64,000 nt of DNA from contig OZ244048.1 of assembly GCA_965215265.1 (NCBI GenBank), forward strand, positions 3,968,001 through 4,032,000, in the 5' to 3' direction. Below are positions 1 through 10,338 of the stretch, in pieces. Origin of the DNA: Candidatus Poribacteria bacterium (GTDB lineage Bacteria > Poribacteria > WGA-4E > WGA-3G). Numbering within the stretch: position 1 is the stretch's first letter; every line of letters starts with the position of its first letter. Both the position numbers and the translations under genes were made by a program. The notes below the pieces were generated by a model, which made no database searches, was not told the origin of the DNA, and was given only the letters and a program-made list of their open reading frames with translations.

Positions 1-872
1 GCCCTTTCAGCGAGTGCGAGTGTGCTTTCCAAAGATCTATGCCGTGGCCATCGGCGCGCATAATCCGCAACACAGAATCGACATTGCCTGCCGCAGCCCC
101 TTACAATTTCAATTAGATGTGCATTTGAAAATTCAGTATTGGGAGTATGAATCTGTGTGCATGTCTCAACATCGTCCAAATTCGGAACTGCCGCTGCATG
201 AATCCGTGCAGGCGCAGTTTTGATGTGGGGCCCCGGTTGTACCTGCTGGATAGTGCCATCTTTATGGTAACTAACCTGATAAAACTGAGGTACATAGAGC
301 CCAGGAACGCCTGCGAGTGTTTTGAGCAATTCCGTTTTGGATGCACCGGTTTGCTTCCACTCTTGAAAATGTGCTATCAGTTGGTGGATAATGAGTTCAG
401 CTTCCCCAACAACAAACACATCTATGAAATCAGCGAGCGGTTCCGGATTGTATGAAATGTTAATCCCACCCGCGATAACAAGCGGATCCCAGTCTGAGCG
501 TTCTTGGGTTAAGGGTGGAATGTTCGCCAATTGCAGTGTACGCGGTATGTTGACATAATCAGATTCAAAAGACACAGAGAACCCAATGATGTCAAAACGG
601 TTGAGAGCGGTTTGAGTTTCGAAAGAGAAGAGCGGCGTTTTCTGTGAAACCAGAGTACGGAGGTATGACGGTTCAGGAACGAAAACGCGTTCGCAAGCCG
701 TATCAGCCCGGCTGTTCAGGGTTGCATAGATAACTTGAAAGCCGAGGCTTGACATCCCGAGTTGGTAAGTGCTCGGATAGACAAGGGCGAATCTCGTTCC
801 GGCGTTATTGAACCGGCGGTGGTTTCCGTCCTCGTTATTAAGAAGATATCGGTAGTGTTCGCGTAAATTCAA
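1..872 (-). CDS. Radical SAM protein (TIGR03960-like N-terminus); 3' part runs off the window edge
   Basis: Not in the ORF track. Hand translation from TTG at 872 gives MNLREHYRY...FALVYPSTYQLGMSSLGFQVIY...ACERVF and later IEIVRGCGRQCRFC (CxxxCxxC). Confidence 0.85.
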   Translation of the reverse strand, partial: MNLREHYRYLLNNEDGNHRRFNNAGTRFALVYPSTYQLGMSSLGFQVIYATLNSRADTACERVFVPEPSYLRTLVSQKTPLFSFETQTALNRFDIIGFSVSFESDYVNIPRTLQLANIPPLTQERSDWDPLVIAGGINISYNPEPLADFIDVFVVGEAELIIHQLIAHFQEWKQTGASKTELLKTLAGVPGLYVPQFYQVSYHKDGTIQQVQPGPHIKTAPARIHAAAVPNLDDVETCTQIHTPNTEFSNAHLIEIVRGCGRQCRFCVADYARRWPRHRSLESTLALAER

Positions 873-937
873 TATTTTGCCTACATCATAATAGCGAAAT
901 AAAACCACCTTTGGGTTTTATTCCTCAGTGTGAAACA

Positions 938-2221
938 TTATTTTTGAGGCGTTCCCTTTTTCTGTACGCGGAGAAATGCCGGCATATCCCAATCTTTACT
1001 GCCACGGTTGCTGCGTGGTTCTTCATCGGTTTCCTGCGAATTTTGACGTGGGGTTCGCCGCCTGTGGGGCCCGGGCTTGGATGTTCCGCCGTTGTCCGTT
1101 GGTCGGGTTCTCTGCTTTCGACGTCCAGAGATAGGCGATGTCGGCAAAACCTGCTGCGAACCTCTGGAATCTATGGCCGCTACGTGCGGACGGGCCGGTC
1201 TTTGCTCGGTGTACCCTGGAGCGGGTACTCTGTCATGATCTGCTGCGGCTCCGTTTTGAGCATCAAAACCGGTTGCAATCACGGTGACGAGGACTTCTTC
1301 TCCGACTTCCACTTCATCTTTGTAAACGAGTCCGAAGATAATTTGTGCATCAACGGAGGCTTCTTGGATAACCTGCATCGCTTCATCTAGCTCGTGCATC
1401 ATGAAATCCGGTGGTGATGTGATATTTACAATCATCCCGCGTGCACTGGCTATATTGGTTTCTTCGAGAAGTGGTGAAGAAATGGCCTGCTTAGCAGCAC
1501 TATGTGCGCGGTTATCCCCGGTTGCTCGTCCCATTCCCATCAATGCACTGCCGGCATCACGCATAATGGATTCGACATCGGCAAAGTCGACGTTAATTTC
1601 GCCTGAATCTGTTATAATGTCCGAGATGCTTTGCACGCCTTGTAGCAAGATCTGGTCCCCGATGCGGAACGCCTCACGTACAGGGAGTTTTCTATCCATG
1701 ACATCCATGAGGCGTTGATTGGGTACAACAATAACAGAGTCTGCGGCCTCTCGAAGTTCTTGAAGTCCTTGCTCAGCTTGTCGTGCACGTTTTTGGCCCT
1801 CAAAGTTGAAAGGACGTGTGACAACACCGATGGTTAAAACCTCGCGTTCTCTTGCAAGAGAAGCGATGAGGGGTGCTGCACCGGTACCAGTACCGCCGCC
1901 CATCCCTGCAGTGATGAAAACCATGTTTGCATCCTCAACGATTGTTTGAAGATGTTCTCTGTCTTCTTCGGCTGCTTTTCGACCGATCTCCGGATTCTCG
2001 CCAGAGCCAAGTCCTTTTGTGGTATTAATGCCGATCTGAAGATGCGTGGCACCATGACAAGTGGTTAGTGCTTGCTGGTCTGTGTTAACAGCGTAAAATT
2101 CAATGCCGGCCAGTCCTGCCTCAATCATGCGTTTGACTGCATTTCCACCTGCGCCGCCGACACCGATGACTTTAATCTTCGCACGCAAATTTTCAAATTC
2201 TTCCTGTTCAAATTCTATCAT
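938..2221 (-). CDS. ftsZ: Cell division protein FtsZ
   Basis: KIKVIGVGGAGGNAV, tubulin signature GMGGGTGTG, INVDFAD T7 loop, C-terminal DMPAFLR peptide. Confidence 0.98.
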   Translation of the reverse strand: MIEFEQEEFENLRAKIKVIGVGGAGGNAVKRMIEAGLAGIEFYAVNTDQQALTTCHGATHLQIGINTTKGLGSGENPEIGRKAAEEDREHLQTIVEDANMVFITAGMGGGTGTGAAPLIASLAREREVLTIGVVTRPFNFEGQKRARQAEQGLQELREAADSVIVVPNQRLMDVMDRKLPVREAFRIGDQILLQGVQSISDIITDSGEINVDFADVESIMRDAGSALMGMGRATGDNRAHSAAKQAISSPLLEETNIASARGMIVNITSPPDFMMHELDEAMQVIQEASVDAQIIFGLVYKDEVEVGEEVLVTVIATGFDAQNGAAADHDRVPAPGYTEQRPARPHVAAIDSRGSQQVLPTSPISGRRKQRTRPTDNGGTSKPGPHRRRTPRQNSQETDEEPRSNRGSKDWDMPAFLRVQKKGTPQK

Positions 2222-2579
2222 CGCAATTTCTGGTTCCTATAGCCTCCAGGGTTGATACATCAAAGGCAACGGAAACTGCTCCTTGCTTTAGCCCCTTTAG
2301 GGCAGATATTAAATGGCCGACATGACATTGCTTGCCAAAAGAAAACTTCCGGTTCCCGCTGGACAAGCAGCATTCGTCTCCGACTCTCAGGTTTGAAACT
2401 GGTTAGAGCCCTAAGATAGCCTGAGGTTTTTGTCAAATGAGATAGAGGACAAAATCTGTCCCTATGTCGTTCGAGAGGGGTTCAGTCTACTTTCCTAGCA
2501 ACACCGATATCGACGATGTATCACAACATTATGCCGGAGTTACCCGCGATAACTGAATCGCCTCAATGACTTTGTATTA

Positions 2580-2609
2580 AGTATACCTTAAAGTGACAAA
2601 CTCTGTCAA
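2580..2609 (-). promoter_or_regulatory. Sigma70-type promoter upstream of ftsZ
   Basis: Minus strand TTGACA-N18-TATACT. Confidence 0.6.
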
Positions 2610-3069
2610 CTTTTTATTTTCATCTCAATTAAGTTGAAAAACTCAACGCGATCGGGTATTATATTAAAATTGTAACTGACGCGTTTGGGACATGCACATC
2701 GCAAGAGCACGCGGACAGGTTGTACGGAAGAGTCCTTGAAGATGCAAGATTTGCTGTGATAAAAGCTAATGAGTCTTGTCATGACTTCAGGGTTATGTAG
2801 GCTTCGAGAACGTCCGCGTTTTTTCTCTCTAATGGATGCCGGAAATTGTGCACGCATCTCTTTTTTCATACGCAAAAAAAGGTGGCCATCTCGCAGAAAA
2901 GCGGGATAATGCTCAGAGACAACCCCTTTAGGTTCAGTTCAAGGTTTCTGATTCGATGCTATCATAGGAATTCTCTTTATGCCAAACACGCCTATCTTTT
3001 ATCTATCGAACTCACGTTAGTATAATATAACGTTAAATAACGTTAAACAACTACAAAAAAAACATAAAA

Positions 3070-4446
3070 ATGAAAATTGCAATTATCGGTACTGGGTACG
3101 TTGGGCTGACCACGGCACTAGTGCTTGCGTATATGAACCATGAAGTCACGGCTGTGGACAAAGATAGTGACAAACTGAGCCTTTTACGTGCAAGGAAGAG
3201 TCCTATCCATGAACCGGGTATCCAGACGCTTCTTGACGAGGTGGGCTGCACTGTTCGTTTCATTTCTTCTTCTCCGGTGGGCACGTCTTACCGGCAAGCC
3301 ATCGCTGAATCGGAGCTCATTCTCATAGCGGTGGGAACGCCCCCGAAAAAAAACGGCGAGGCGGATACCCAGCATGTGGAATCCGCTGCAAGGGCAATCG
3401 CGCAAGTATGTAAACCACACCAGCACTATACCCTCGTTATCAAGTCGACTGTGCCGATCGGGACGAATCGGCGCGTGGCTGAGGTCGTCGCAACAGTGTT
3501 GTCTGAACGCGGCATCCAATGCAACGTTTCCGTTGCTTCCAACCCAGAATTTTTACAAGAAGGATTGGCGTTGCAGGGTGCGTTCTATCCGGATCGGATT
3601 GTGGTCGGCGCGAATTTTGATGATGCAGTAGATGTCTTACGTCGGCTTTATCAACCGATATTGGAGCAAACGTTTGAGCCACCGAGTTGGTTACCACGTC
3701 CGGAGGCGTACCATCTACCACCGATGATGACAACAGATCCGAATAGCGCGGAAATGATCAAGTATGCCGCCAACACGTTCCTTGCGCTTAAGATTAGTTT
3801 TATCAATGAAATTGCAGGGTTGTGCGAGAGAGTAGATGCAGACGTAACAGAGGTTGCACGCGGCATTGGACTGGATACACGCATTGGGCATCGGTTCCTG
3901 CGTGCGGGGCTCGGATGGGGTGGGAGTTGCTATCCGAAAGACACTGCTGCCTTGTTAGGTGTTGCAGCGCAAACCGGATACGACATGCCGATTACGACTG
4001 CCGCGCGTACAGTCAATTTCCGACAACGTCAACTCATCCTTGAAAAACTGAAAACTGTCCTTAAAACGGTGAACGGAAAAACGATAGGTATTCTAGGCCT
4101 CGCCTTTAAGCCGAATACAGATGACGTGCGCGAGGCACCAGCGCTTGATATTATCTGTGAACTTGTTGCAGCAGGGGCGACGGTCCGTGCACACGATGTT
4201 ATCGCGATTCCGAATGCAAGACGCACGCTGCCCACTATCCCAATCCATTTCAGTGAAGATGTGTACGAACTCGCTTACAACGCAGACGCGCTAGTCCTTG
4301 TCACTGAGTGGGACATGTACCACAGGCTGGAGCTGCGTAAAGTTGCTAAGCAGATGAAGACACCGATACTGATTGATGGTAGAAACATGTACTCTGCTCA
4401 AGAAGCACGAGCAGCAGGTTTTCATTACATTGGTATCGGTAGATAA
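3070..4446 (+). CDS. ugd: UDP-glucose/GDP-mannose dehydrogenase
   Basis: IGTGYVG, KSTVPIGT, SNPEFL, GWGGSCYPKD, GLAFKPNTDDVRE motifs. Confidence 0.93.
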   Translation: MKIAIIGTGYVGLTTALVLAYMNHEVTAVDKDSDKLSLLRARKSPIHEPGIQTLLDEVGCTVRFISSSPVGTSYRQAIAESELILIAVGTPPKKNGEADTQHVESAARAIAQVCKPHQHYTLVIKSTVPIGTNRRVAEVVATVLSERGIQCNVSVASNPEFLQEGLALQGAFYPDRIVVGANFDDAVDVLRRLYQPILEQTFEPPSWLPRPEAYHLPPMMTTDPNSAEMIKYAANTFLALKISFINEIAGLCERVDADVTEVARGIGLDTRIGHRFLRAGLGWGGSCYPKDTAALLGVAAQTGYDMPITTAARTVNFRQRQLILEKLKTVLKTVNGKTIGILGLAFKPNTDDVREAPALDIICELVAAGATVRAHDVIAIPNARRTLPTIPIHFSEDVYELAYNADALVLVTEWDMYHRLELRKVAKQMKTPILIDGRNMYSAQEARAAGFHYIGIGR

Positions 4447-4471
4447 AACCATTCCAATGCGGTAAAAGGCG

Positions 4472-5056
4472 ATGAAACATACATCGGCGATTAATCAACC
4501 TATACCTTTTGCACCAACGTGGCAACGATACTGTCCGCAGTGTGCCTTTCCGGCTTACCGTCATCTACCGGGCATCACCCCGCATCCGCTGCGCGATCCG
4601 CGTGGCCACAGTTACGGACTTGAAGAAGAACATGCGGACACCCTATTAATCCCAGCGTTATGGCGCGAAAACGAGGCGTACCTTTATGGTGTAGATCTTT
4701 ACAACTTTGCATATTGGTGGGAAGCACATGAGGCATGGGAAGGCTTATGGCATCAGGCAGAGGATACCTACCGCCTCTTTCTGCAAGGGCTAATTCAGGT
4801 TTCTGCTTCCCTGATTAAGTATCACATGCGGATGTTGCGTCCATTGCGTTCGCTTTCGACTGCCGGGCGCGATAAATTGCGGCAGGTTCTGGTAGAATCT
4901 AAACAGACAAACCATAACTCTTATATGGGATTAAACCTGCCTGATTTTCTGGATACTGCTGATGCTTTTTTCGCCCCCTTCTTCGTGGAGCCTGTTACAG
5001 AAATAACCTATCGACACGCCGCGGTGAAGCCCCCGCTAATTCAACTTGAATTTTAG
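4472..5056 (+). CDS. DUF309 domain protein
   Basis: GVDLYNFAYWWEAHEAWEGLW...FLQGLIQ motif typical of DUF309. Confidence 0.8.
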   Translation: MKHTSAINQPIPFAPTWQRYCPQCAFPAYRHLPGITPHPLRDPRGHSYGLEEEHADTLLIPALWRENEAYLYGVDLYNFAYWWEAHEAWEGLWHQAEDTYRLFLQGLIQVSASLIKYHMRMLRPLRSLSTAGRDKLRQVLVESKQTNHNSYMGLNLPDFLDTADAFFAPFFVEPVTEITYRHAAVKPPLIQLEF

Positions 5057-5061
5057 GCACC

Positions 5062-5343
5062 ATGGCAACGCCGTTCCCTTTTCTAATTTTTATTTTGGTC
5101 TGTGCGTTCATTGTGGGGCTGTTGTTTGTCCTTTTCAAGATGAGCGCGTACTTCGGTAGAAGCGATGCAGATAAATTTCGTGCTGTGCGCTGTTCGGTGT
5201 GTCAAACGCGACGAAAAGCAGAAAAGACGGGTACTGTCAGGAATCTCGTTGAGTTTGAGTTGAAGTGTCCGGTCTGTGGGCATATATCATGGGATGTACC
5301 GCCGAAAACGAACCTCTCGACGCGCCCAAAAGATCGAGATTAG
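5062..5343 (+). CDS. Small membrane-anchored zinc-ribbon protein
   Basis: N-terminal hydrophobic helix, then CSVC...CPVCGH; 5 bp after the upstream stop codon. Confidence 0.65.
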   Translation: MATPFPFLIFILVCAFIVGLLFVLFKMSAYFGRSDADKFRAVRCSVCQTRRKAEKTGTVRNLVEFELKCPVCGHISWDVPPKTNLSTRPKDRD

Positions 5344-6401
5344 GCTTCGCCGTCCCAGTAGCTTAGGTTCTCATCTTTACGATAGATTTTTCCGACGACG
5401 TACGGCAGTACCTTGTTTGAATCAGGATATTCACTCACATCGTACGGGATGATGGTCCCGAGGATGAATAAGGTGGCAGGTCCATCGTTTTGATTTATGA
5501 ATTTATGCGCGCCGGTCGCTCCTGGTGGGAAGGCGATAAAATCGCCCTGTTGCACCTGAATATCCCCTCGTGGGGTTTTGAGAGTGCATCTGCCTTCCAT
5601 GACGTAACACATCTCTTCCCCGAAGTTGTGAAAATGCATCGGGAAACTCATCTTGCCGGGTTGGAGTCGAATGACGCGATAGCCCAAGTTTTTGCCGCCG
5701 ATGAGAGGATCGATGTCTTTGTCCTCAAAATCGTAAGGTGGCGGTGCGTGTTTTTTCGCCCACGCAATGTCATCTATATGAATGTGATTGATATAGATAT
5801 CGCGCCGTGTCTGTAGGCAATCAATGAGGGATTGCCGTGCGTCTTTAAAGAGCGAGTGTCCGTCTCCAACGAGGATTGCGTTGAACCGCATGGCAAGTAT
5901 TTTTCGGAGTTCAAGTGCTGCTTTGGCGGCATCTTCGAGTTTTGCGTCTGGTAAGAGCGTCAATGCACCGATCGGTTCACCAACAACCAGATCACCGAAA
6001 AGAACGGCGTGCTTACCCGGAAAGTAGAGTGCAATTTCACCGGGACTCTTCCCGTAACGTAAATGTACCGCGTGCAGCCCTGGGACAATCGCTTCACCGT
6101 CGCGAATCGTGCGTGTTGGTGTGACTGTAAGCGCGTCTGCATCCGCTTCATGCACAATCACACCTGCACCTGTCAAATCCTGAAAGGCAGCTGCTTGGCG
6201 TTCATGATCACGATTTGTGAGGACAATCCACTCGGTATTGCCGAGTTTCGCTAATTGTGCCCGGTCAGCATCCATCATAGTGACGGGGTCAATAATAATA
6301 TTTCCTTCCGGGCGCACCCATAGATGCCCGTTAAAGTCGATCTGCCGCTCCTTACTAAAAACAGACCAGGTATAGATATCATCAAAAATCAGGCGTTTCA
6401 C
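5340..6401 (-). CDS. MBL-fold domain fused to C-terminal cupin domain
   Basis: Likely GTG start at 6401 after GAGGA. N-half NIIIDP/LTNRDHER/GKSPGE/GDG; C-half PMHFHNFGEEMCYVMEG...GDFIAFPPG..AH cupin. Confidence 0.8.
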   Translation of the reverse strand: MKRLIFDDIYTWSVFSKERQIDFNGHLWVRPEGNIIIDPVTMMDADRAQLAKLGNTEWIVLTNRDHERQAAAFQDLTGAGVIVHEADADALTVTPTRTIRDGEAIVPGLHAVHLRYGKSPGEIALYFPGKHAVLFGDLVVGEPIGALTLLPDAKLEDAAKAALELRKILAMRFNAILVGDGHSLFKDARQSLIDCLQTRRDIYINHIHIDDIAWAKKHAPPPYDFEDKDIDPLIGGKNLGYRVIRLQPGKMSFPMHFHNFGEEMCYVMEGRCTLKTPRGDIQVQQGDFIAFPPGATGAHKFINQNDGPATLFILGTIIPYDVSEYPDSNKVLPYVVGKIYRKDENLSYWDGEA

Positions 6402-6984
6402 GGTTATTTTCCTCGTAGACAGGTTCCGGTGTTGTATGATTCTGGGGGGTATCGTTAGCAGTTTCACCTGCTGAGACAAACCCGTAAACCTCAATTTCTT
6501 GCGCGAAGGCTCTGCCGAGTTGTATCTGGGGTACCACTGCGCCGTAGCGCGGCGAATACTCGCCCGCTTTGCGTTTATCATCAGTAGTTCCGCTCACATA
6601 GATGCGGAGTGCTTCCGTTACAAGACTGGCCCGCATCTCGATTGCAGGTCCACTGTTATTTTTAATTTGCAGAATTGAACGCCACCGTTCATCGCCTTCG
6701 AGTTTCTCATAAACCATTGCATCCGTGATGTTAGTGCCGCGGATGACGATACGATGAATCGCTTTTCGTGTGGGGAAGTTAAGATGAATCCAGCGTCCTT
6801 GGGCGTACCCAACGGTTTTCAAATCGCCATCTATCATTTCTGGAGCCGTGCACGTGACACCTTCCGTCACAGCGTAGTTTTTCCATTCTTGAGGCTCGAT
6901 CAGCATACGCAGGGCTTTGGATTGGCACCCTGAGAACAGGAGAATTGGGCAAATCGCCAATAAGATAAAAAGATAACGTTGCAT
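6382..6984 (-). CDS. Hypothetical lipoprotein
   Basis: Signal peptide with LFSGC lipobox; beta-rich domain ending EIEVYG (discoidin-like). Confidence 0.7.
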   Translation of the reverse strand: MQRYLFILLAICPILLFSGCQSKALRMLIEPQEWKNYAVTEGVTCTAPEMIDGDLKTVGYAQGRWIHLNFPTRKAIHRIVIRGTNITDAMVYEKLEGDERWRSILQIKNNSGPAIEMRASLVTEALRIYVSGTTDDKRKAGEYSPRYGAVVPQIQLGRAFAQEIEVYGFVSAGETANDTPQNHTTPEPVYEENNRETPDF

Positions 6985-7006
6985 CGCTTTAACTCCATAA
7001 GTTAGG

Positions 7007-7870
7007 TTATGTTTCGTAGCGCTCAGAGTACTCCTTTACTAAATCCCCTTTCCGGAAACCGGGTACAGCTGTTCCACATTCTCTGGCTAAGCGTTCATAA
7101 TCAATGCACATAAGCCGGCCTAATATACCAGGGCTTGTTGCCTTGAAAAGCATCCACTGTTTATTCCGTTCACACCGTTTTTCGTCTGTCTCTTTTCGGG
7201 AATAATCTTGCCAACCTTGACATGGTACCGCGAAGTCAAAAGAATTTTGAAACACTTTGAGAGCGGCGGTTGTGTTGTTATATTGCCATATCCGAAAATC
7301 TTTATGATTTATCGGTAAAGGTTGATATCGCCGCATATCTTGGAGCGCGTCTTGGAAAGGTAGACGGGTCCAGATCTGAAATTCAGTATTCACTGAAAAC
7401 GGCCTGCCGCAGCTAAGTTGAAACGCTTCTCTGGGCAGGGCCAATTTACTAATAAAGCGCATGCTTGCGTCAAGTTGTTTATGCACGCGCCATTTTCGAA
7501 AATTGACAGGGACAATAAAAGCGACAATATCTACCAAAGAGGCCGCATGGTTAAAGAACGCAATCGCCAATTTTCCACGCTTGCCAAAGGGCGGATTCCC
7601 GACAATAGCCGTGTCTCTCGGGACTGATAGGACATGGGTTACGTTAAAAAAATCTTGTTTTATGATGTTATGAGATTTGGGCGCAATATCTATGCCTAAG
7701 CTACGATGCGGGGGCATCTGCGCGTAAAATGCACCGGTGCCAGCAGCCGGTTCTACAAAGTAGAGTTCCTCAATCGCCCTGTTTAAGGGTAAAAGAATGT
7801 CGGTGAAATGCTGCCAACATGCCGCTGCGATGTCTGTTTTGGTATAAAACGGATCTAATGAATTTCGCAC
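7007..7870 (-). CDS. Orphan N6-adenine DNA methyltransferase
   Basis: Motif X FYTK, motif I EPAAGTGAF, motif IV GNPPFG; likely GTG start at 7870 (ORF open to 8038). Confidence 0.8.
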   Translation of the reverse strand: MRNSLDPFYTKTDIAAACWQHFTDILLPLNRAIEELYFVEPAAGTGAFYAQMPPHRSLGIDIAPKSHNIIKQDFFNVTHVLSVPRDTAIVGNPPFGKRGKLAIAFFNHAASLVDIVAFIVPVNFRKWRVHKQLDASMRFISKLALPREAFQLSCGRPFSVNTEFQIWTRLPFQDALQDMRRYQPLPINHKDFRIWQYNNTTAALKVFQNSFDFAVPCQGWQDYSRKETDEKRCERNKQWMLFKATSPGILGRLMCIDYERLARECGTAVPGFRKGDLVKEYSERYET

Positions 7871-8124
7871 TTTTCTATTTTTTTTGCCAAATCTCCGTGA
7901 AGATAAACTATTTAGGTAAATGATTGTTGAATATATTAAAGTATAGCAAAATGCTGCAGTGATGTCAACAGCTTTTTTAGGGATATAGGGCAATTTAGTT
8001 TTCCATTTTTGGTTTACGTCTGTAAGCATTTTTGACATTCCTAACAGATATGGCTTGATTTTTCACGCCATATCTGTTACACTTTCATCTAAAAACTTCC
8101 AACAGGCTTTGAGGTAAAACGATA

Positions 8125-8796
8125 ATGAAGAAAATCCGTCGCCACTTATTGGATATGTCCACACAAGTGCCAGTAACTTTTATCCTGCTCATTCCTCTCG
8201 TTTTCACAGCTTGCACCAGCCCGAAATACCAGAAAATGCAAAATGAACGCGAGAGACGGCGTGCAGCGGTCGAAAATGAACGTAGGAAACATGATCCACG
8301 AAAAATGGAACTGGCTCTAACCGATAAGCTGCTCGGCACATGGCAATTTCTTGAGATGGAAGTTGATGAAGGCGATGTGAGTGAAGAGATACCGGCATTG
8401 ACGTATCAGCTGCACGCCACTGCCCGCAAAAATCTAACCCTTGAATTTTTTATCGACCGGAACGTCTTCCGCCGGTATCAAGGTAAAAATGGAGACATGA
8501 AGGTGACCGGAAGTTTCAAAATCAGCACACAACGTTATGGCGATATCCACTTTCCGTTCTTACGAGTTTTTCGGGATACAGGCATACCGTTCCCGGAATT
8601 CATCTCTGGCATGTCCTCCAGCAGGCTTAGAACCGGAAAAACCGTTTCGATAAAAAAGACCTGGGGGGACAATTGGCTAGGCATTTCAGTCACGCAGAAC
8701 AAGTTGCACCTGATGCTGTCTGGCATCATGGAACTGACTCCAAACGGGTGGGCAGAACGCGGGGGCATCCGCTGTACTTTCAAGCGGATTGAATAA
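8125..8796 (+). CDS. Uncharacterised lipoprotein, local paralog family (one domain)
   Basis: VFTAC lipobox; LTDKLLGTWQF...LTPNGW..GGIRCTFKRIE shared with the genes at 13733 and 15230. Confidence 0.8.
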   Translation: MKKIRRHLLDMSTQVPVTFILLIPLVFTACTSPKYQKMQNERERRRAAVENERRKHDPRKMELALTDKLLGTWQFLEMEVDEGDVSEEIPALTYQLHATARKNLTLEFFIDRNVFRRYQGKNGDMKVTGSFKISTQRYGDIHFPFLRVFRDTGIPFPEFISGMSSSRLRTGKTVSIKKTWGDNWLGISVTQNKLHLMLSGIMELTPNGWAERGGIRCTFKRIE

Positions 8797-9054
8797 GACC
8801 AAACCCGTCATTAAGGGGAAGTCCTTCTAATGCCTCGTTAAATCCTGGGCTGACTATAACGCCATCATGAAGACGATGTGCGATTTCACGGACATCCATT
8901 AACAGATATTAACATTTTTCAACAAAAATTGGGAAAACGAAATAGCCGTCCGGACGGAGGATATCAAAAAAAAGGTTGCTTTAAAGCGAATTTTGATATA
9001 TTATAGAGCAAATCATTTAGCATGCTAGTTAACAAATTAACAACGGAGAAACGA

Positions 9055-10092
9055 ATGTATAAAAGCGCGATTTTAGGATGTCGCGGCCGTGCGCGAGGGC
9101 ACGCCCGCGCTTATGAACATGTAAAGGGCGGTAAACTCGCTGCGATCTGTGATATGAATGAGGCGCTTCTAAACGATTTCGGCGACGAATTCAGGATTGA
9201 TGCCCGCTATACCGAGCTGGATGAGATGCTCACTAAGGAAAAACCGGATCTGTTGCACATCGTCACGGCACCAGTTTTGCGCGGAACTAACGAACGGATC
9301 CGGTACCCGCTAATGAACCAGGCTTCCGAGCACGGCGTTCCTGCAGCAATTGTCGAAAAACCGATAGCAGTGGAAAGTGAGGATTGGCGGCAGATTTACG
9401 CGCTTTCGCAACGTACAAAAACGAAGTTTGTTGTTAATACACAACTTAATTTCCACCCGCAGAACCTTGCCCTGAAACGTGACGTAGCAGACGGGAAAAT
9501 CGGTGCGATTAAGTTTATTGAGGCGAGCGCACGCAACCCGCCTGTTGATCAAGCACCGCACGTTCTTCAGCTTGTATCATCCTATATTGATAACTCGCGT
9601 CCGGTGAAAGTGCATGGACAGATCTCTGGTGCGGGCCAATTAGATAGCGCGCAACCCTCACCAGCGAACGCGACGGCCTTGGTTACGTATGCAAATGGCG
9701 TACAAGCCTCTGTCGCCTTCGGCCCCGAGATGGCCCCGCGTGTTCTACCTGAGACCGGAAATAACCGGCACAAGCGAGTTTGTGTGTTTGGTGAAAAAGG
9801 GTTCGTCCATTGGCGGTTTGAGAGTTGGGAACGGAACACCCCTGGAGGCGGCTATGAAGGCGGAGACCTAAGTTACGGCGCGCAAGATGTAATTGCACAA
9901 GGCGGGCTCACCGAGGCAGTGTTTGAGTGGCTTGACGATGAAAACAAGGTGCATCCGACGCATTTGCCGCAATCTCTTGCCGAGTTCAACCTCTTATTAG
10001 GGATTTACTACAGCGGCTTGACTCACACAGTTATTGAATTACCATTTGACCCGCCGGATGGGATGATGGCGATGTTCCGGGAACAACTCTAA
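9055..10092 (+). CDS. Gfo/Idh/MocA family oxidoreductase
   Basis: AILGCRGRARGH, VEKPIA; ATG at 9055 after GGAG. Confidence 0.85.
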   Translation: MYKSAILGCRGRARGHARAYEHVKGGKLAAICDMNEALLNDFGDEFRIDARYTELDEMLTKEKPDLLHIVTAPVLRGTNERIRYPLMNQASEHGVPAAIVEKPIAVESEDWRQIYALSQRTKTKFVVNTQLNFHPQNLALKRDVADGKIGAIKFIEASARNPPVDQAPHVLQLVSSYIDNSRPVKVHGQISGAGQLDSAQPSPANATALVTYANGVQASVAFGPEMAPRVLPETGNNRHKRVCVFGEKGFVHWRFESWERNTPGGGYEGGDLSYGAQDVIAQGGLTEAVFEWLDDENKVHPTHLPQSLAEFNLLLGIYYSGLTHTVIELPFDPPDGMMAMFREQL

Positions 10093-10338
10093 TACTCTTG
10101 GAAGCAGTTGGAACTCTCCGATTGCGCTTTCTGTTACTCACAAATTGTAGACAGGTGATTGGACGGTGACCGTCGCGGAGAGCGCCCCAATGAAATTGCG
10201 TTCGTATTGGCAAACCATGCCCCAACGTGGCGGATGTCAATAACGATATCCCAGACCACGTCTTAGCTGCTGGTGCACTTGGGAGTGTAGCCGAAGCAGA
10301 GCCGGTCAGAAATCGAGAACGGCTAAGGAGCCTCGTTT

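Noticed and set aside
2606-2875. 89-aa ORF upstream of ftsZ
   Set aside because: No RBS or recognisable motif; lies in the divergent promoter region.
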